Below are positions 62,131 to 64,000 of a stretch of 64,000 bases of DNA, piece after piece. The notes under the pieces are model-generated. The model did not search any database. It was not told the DNA's origin and saw only the letters and a program-made list of their open reading frames with translations. Source of the stretch: Octopus sinensis (lineage: Eukaryota). The DNA lies in contig NC_043004.1 of the NCBI RefSeq assembly GCF_006345805.1, positions 32,240,001 to 32,304,000 of the forward strand. The letters run 5' to 3'. Each line of letters starts with the position of its first letter. Position 1 is the first letter of the stretch. A program made the position numbers and the translations under genes.

Positions 62131-62609
62131 GTAACTCTTCATCTTCTTTCTAATGTATTTTCATTGTTGAATATTGTTTGTCATTTTTGTTGTTCTCATC
62201 ATTCTCATTTTGGTTGTTATTGTTATGCTTTGTTGTTTGTTTTGTATACACACACACAAGTCCAGCTGTTCTGTATACATATACTTCTACCTTTAATGTG
62301 TGTCACTACCTTTTGGCTCTACATACAAACATAAAGTCTAACACTCCTCAAGAGAGTTACCTGGGCATCTGAGAGAGTTTAAGTCCTGCATGCTCTTAGT
62401 ACTATGGTTCCTGCGCATTGCCACACACCAACGCGACCTTATCTGATAACCTACAGGCAATTCCACTGCATCTCTTATGCATCCACAGCTTACACTTGAT
62501 GCAGCAAATGGAATTACGTCCCACTCCCTTCTATTTACCAGCCGAAATGAGAGTCTTTTCTCCTTTCTTGCTTAGTTTTAGCTAAGTTGACTTTCTTGCT
62601 AATTTAGTT

Positions 62610-63110
62610 TTAGCTAAGTTAACTTAAGGCCCTTTGATTCCAGGTTTTGCTTCCAAACCTGGAACTTCTCCAATTCTGCTTCAGATACTGCAATAAGAAC
62701 AAGAACATCAGCATATAGCTGTTCCCATGGGCATCCAGTTTTGAATTCATCTGTTATGGTCTGGAGAACTATGATGAATAAGAGTGGACTAAGGACTGAT
62801 CCCTGGTGTACTCCAACTTGTATGTTAAATTCAACACTGTAAACAAGGCCAATTCTTATCTCACTGACAGCACTGTTGTACATAGCTTGAACAGCTCTAA
62901 CAAGCTACTCCTATATTCCTTACAGACTACCAAGTAAGAGAGTGGGGAACCCTGTCGAAAGCTTTCTCCAGGTCAACAAAGGCTAAATACAATGGCTTAC
63001 TTCTTGCCAAATACTTTTCTTGCAACTGTCTCACTATGAAAATGGCATCTGTGGTACTTCTCCCTGGAACAAAACCAAACTGCATCTCATCTAGTTTAAT
63101 GCTGCTGGAC
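62610..63110 (-). pseudogene. RTE-clade RT core fragment
   Basis: QFGFVPGRSTTDAIF...AFVDLEKAFDRVP; GVHQGSVLSPLLF...LYADVLVL. Confidence 0.9.
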
Positions 63111-63324
63111 TGGCCTGTGTAGGTGGCACATAAAAAACACCATTTGAGCGTGGCTGTTGCCAGTACCGCTTGACTGGCCCTCGGGCCGGTGGCACATAAA
63201 AGCACCCACTAACTCTCAGAGTGATTCGTGTTAGGAAGGCATCCAACCCATGCTAGCATGAAAAGTGGACGTTAAGCAATGATGATGATGATATATATAT
63301 ATATATATACTCTCACACACACAC

Positions 63325-63555
63325 ATATCTATTATATAAAATCCGTTCTGTCTGTCTGTGTGTGTGTCTTCGAGGATCTCGGCATCCTCCATCCGATTGC
63401 GCTCGAATTTGATTTGTAGATATCGATGGTATCAGGACATGTATAAGTCTTGAAAAAATTACAAAAATCGATTCTAGGTGAGAATGCAATCGATAAAGCC
63501 ATGGGAGCATGCATTTGTATGCGCAAGTACATCAGCTGTTGTGATAAGTAGTATA
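63325..63555 (+). mobile_element. Possible non-autonomous Helitron-like repeat
   Basis: Begins tctattatataaaatccgttctgtctgtctgtg, a typical 5'-TC plus microsatellite start; no clear CTAG 3' end. Confidence 0.35.
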
Positions 63556-64000
63556 TATTTGTATATTTATATATAAATAATATATATTTATATATATATA
63601 TAAGTATTATATATTTATATATATAAATAACTAATATATATGTGTGTGTGTGTGTATAAAATTAAGATTCGGTAGAATTAGATACTTAAATTGAGTCACC
63701 TTGCTAGTTCCGTATAATCTGCACACCCCAAGAATATTATTTATATATTGAATATCAAGACAATGTGTAGGGATATTTGTACCCAATATTCCTGTCATGT
63801 ATGTTGACAATGCAACCCAGCTAAGTCAAGATATCTGCTCTTGGTAATTCAGATGTACTTTTTTTAAAGATGCTTTCTATAGTATTTCCAAAGTGCAGAT
63901 TCCAAGTTAGGTGAGCAGAATATAAATAAGTAACAAATATTTGCAGGTGTCAATTCATTACGGCCATTTCAAGCGGATCCATTTAATTGATTAATGAAAA

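Noticed and set aside
63940-63995. Possible final CC2D1 exon after tttgcag|
   Set aside because: The phase-1 frame closes after 14 codons with no family similarity and a poor pyrimidine tract; the true last exon is probably outside the window.

Overview
AT-rich, microsatellite- and transposon-dense metazoan DNA. The SINE families present look like octopus tRNA-derived SINEs, so an Octopus genome is inferred, not proven. The window is dominated by one + strand gene, a CC2D1/Lgd-family (DM14 repeats plus C2 domain) gene. I traced it by hand through 27 GT-AG, phase-compatible coding exons from ATG 14202 to 62130 (2965 nt, about 988 codons); no stop is reached, so it continues past the window. 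Its introns hold a near full-length inactivated CR1-clade LINE, RTE LINE fragments, a Tc1 and three mariner relics, TTAA-type and 8-bp-TSD MITEs, and many SINEs. The most striking unexplained structure is a 545-bp head-to-tail array at 44149-45930 (3.2 copies). Each full unit carries an identical type I hammerhead ribozyme fold on the minus strand, and the array ends in a short inverted segment, suggesting a retrozyme or Penelope-like self-cleaving RNA element. A second, degenerate hammerhead lies on the sense strand at 49127-49172. A 1.35-kb tandem triplication occupies about 1511-5575. All homology calls are by eye from recalled motifs; no search or folding program was run.
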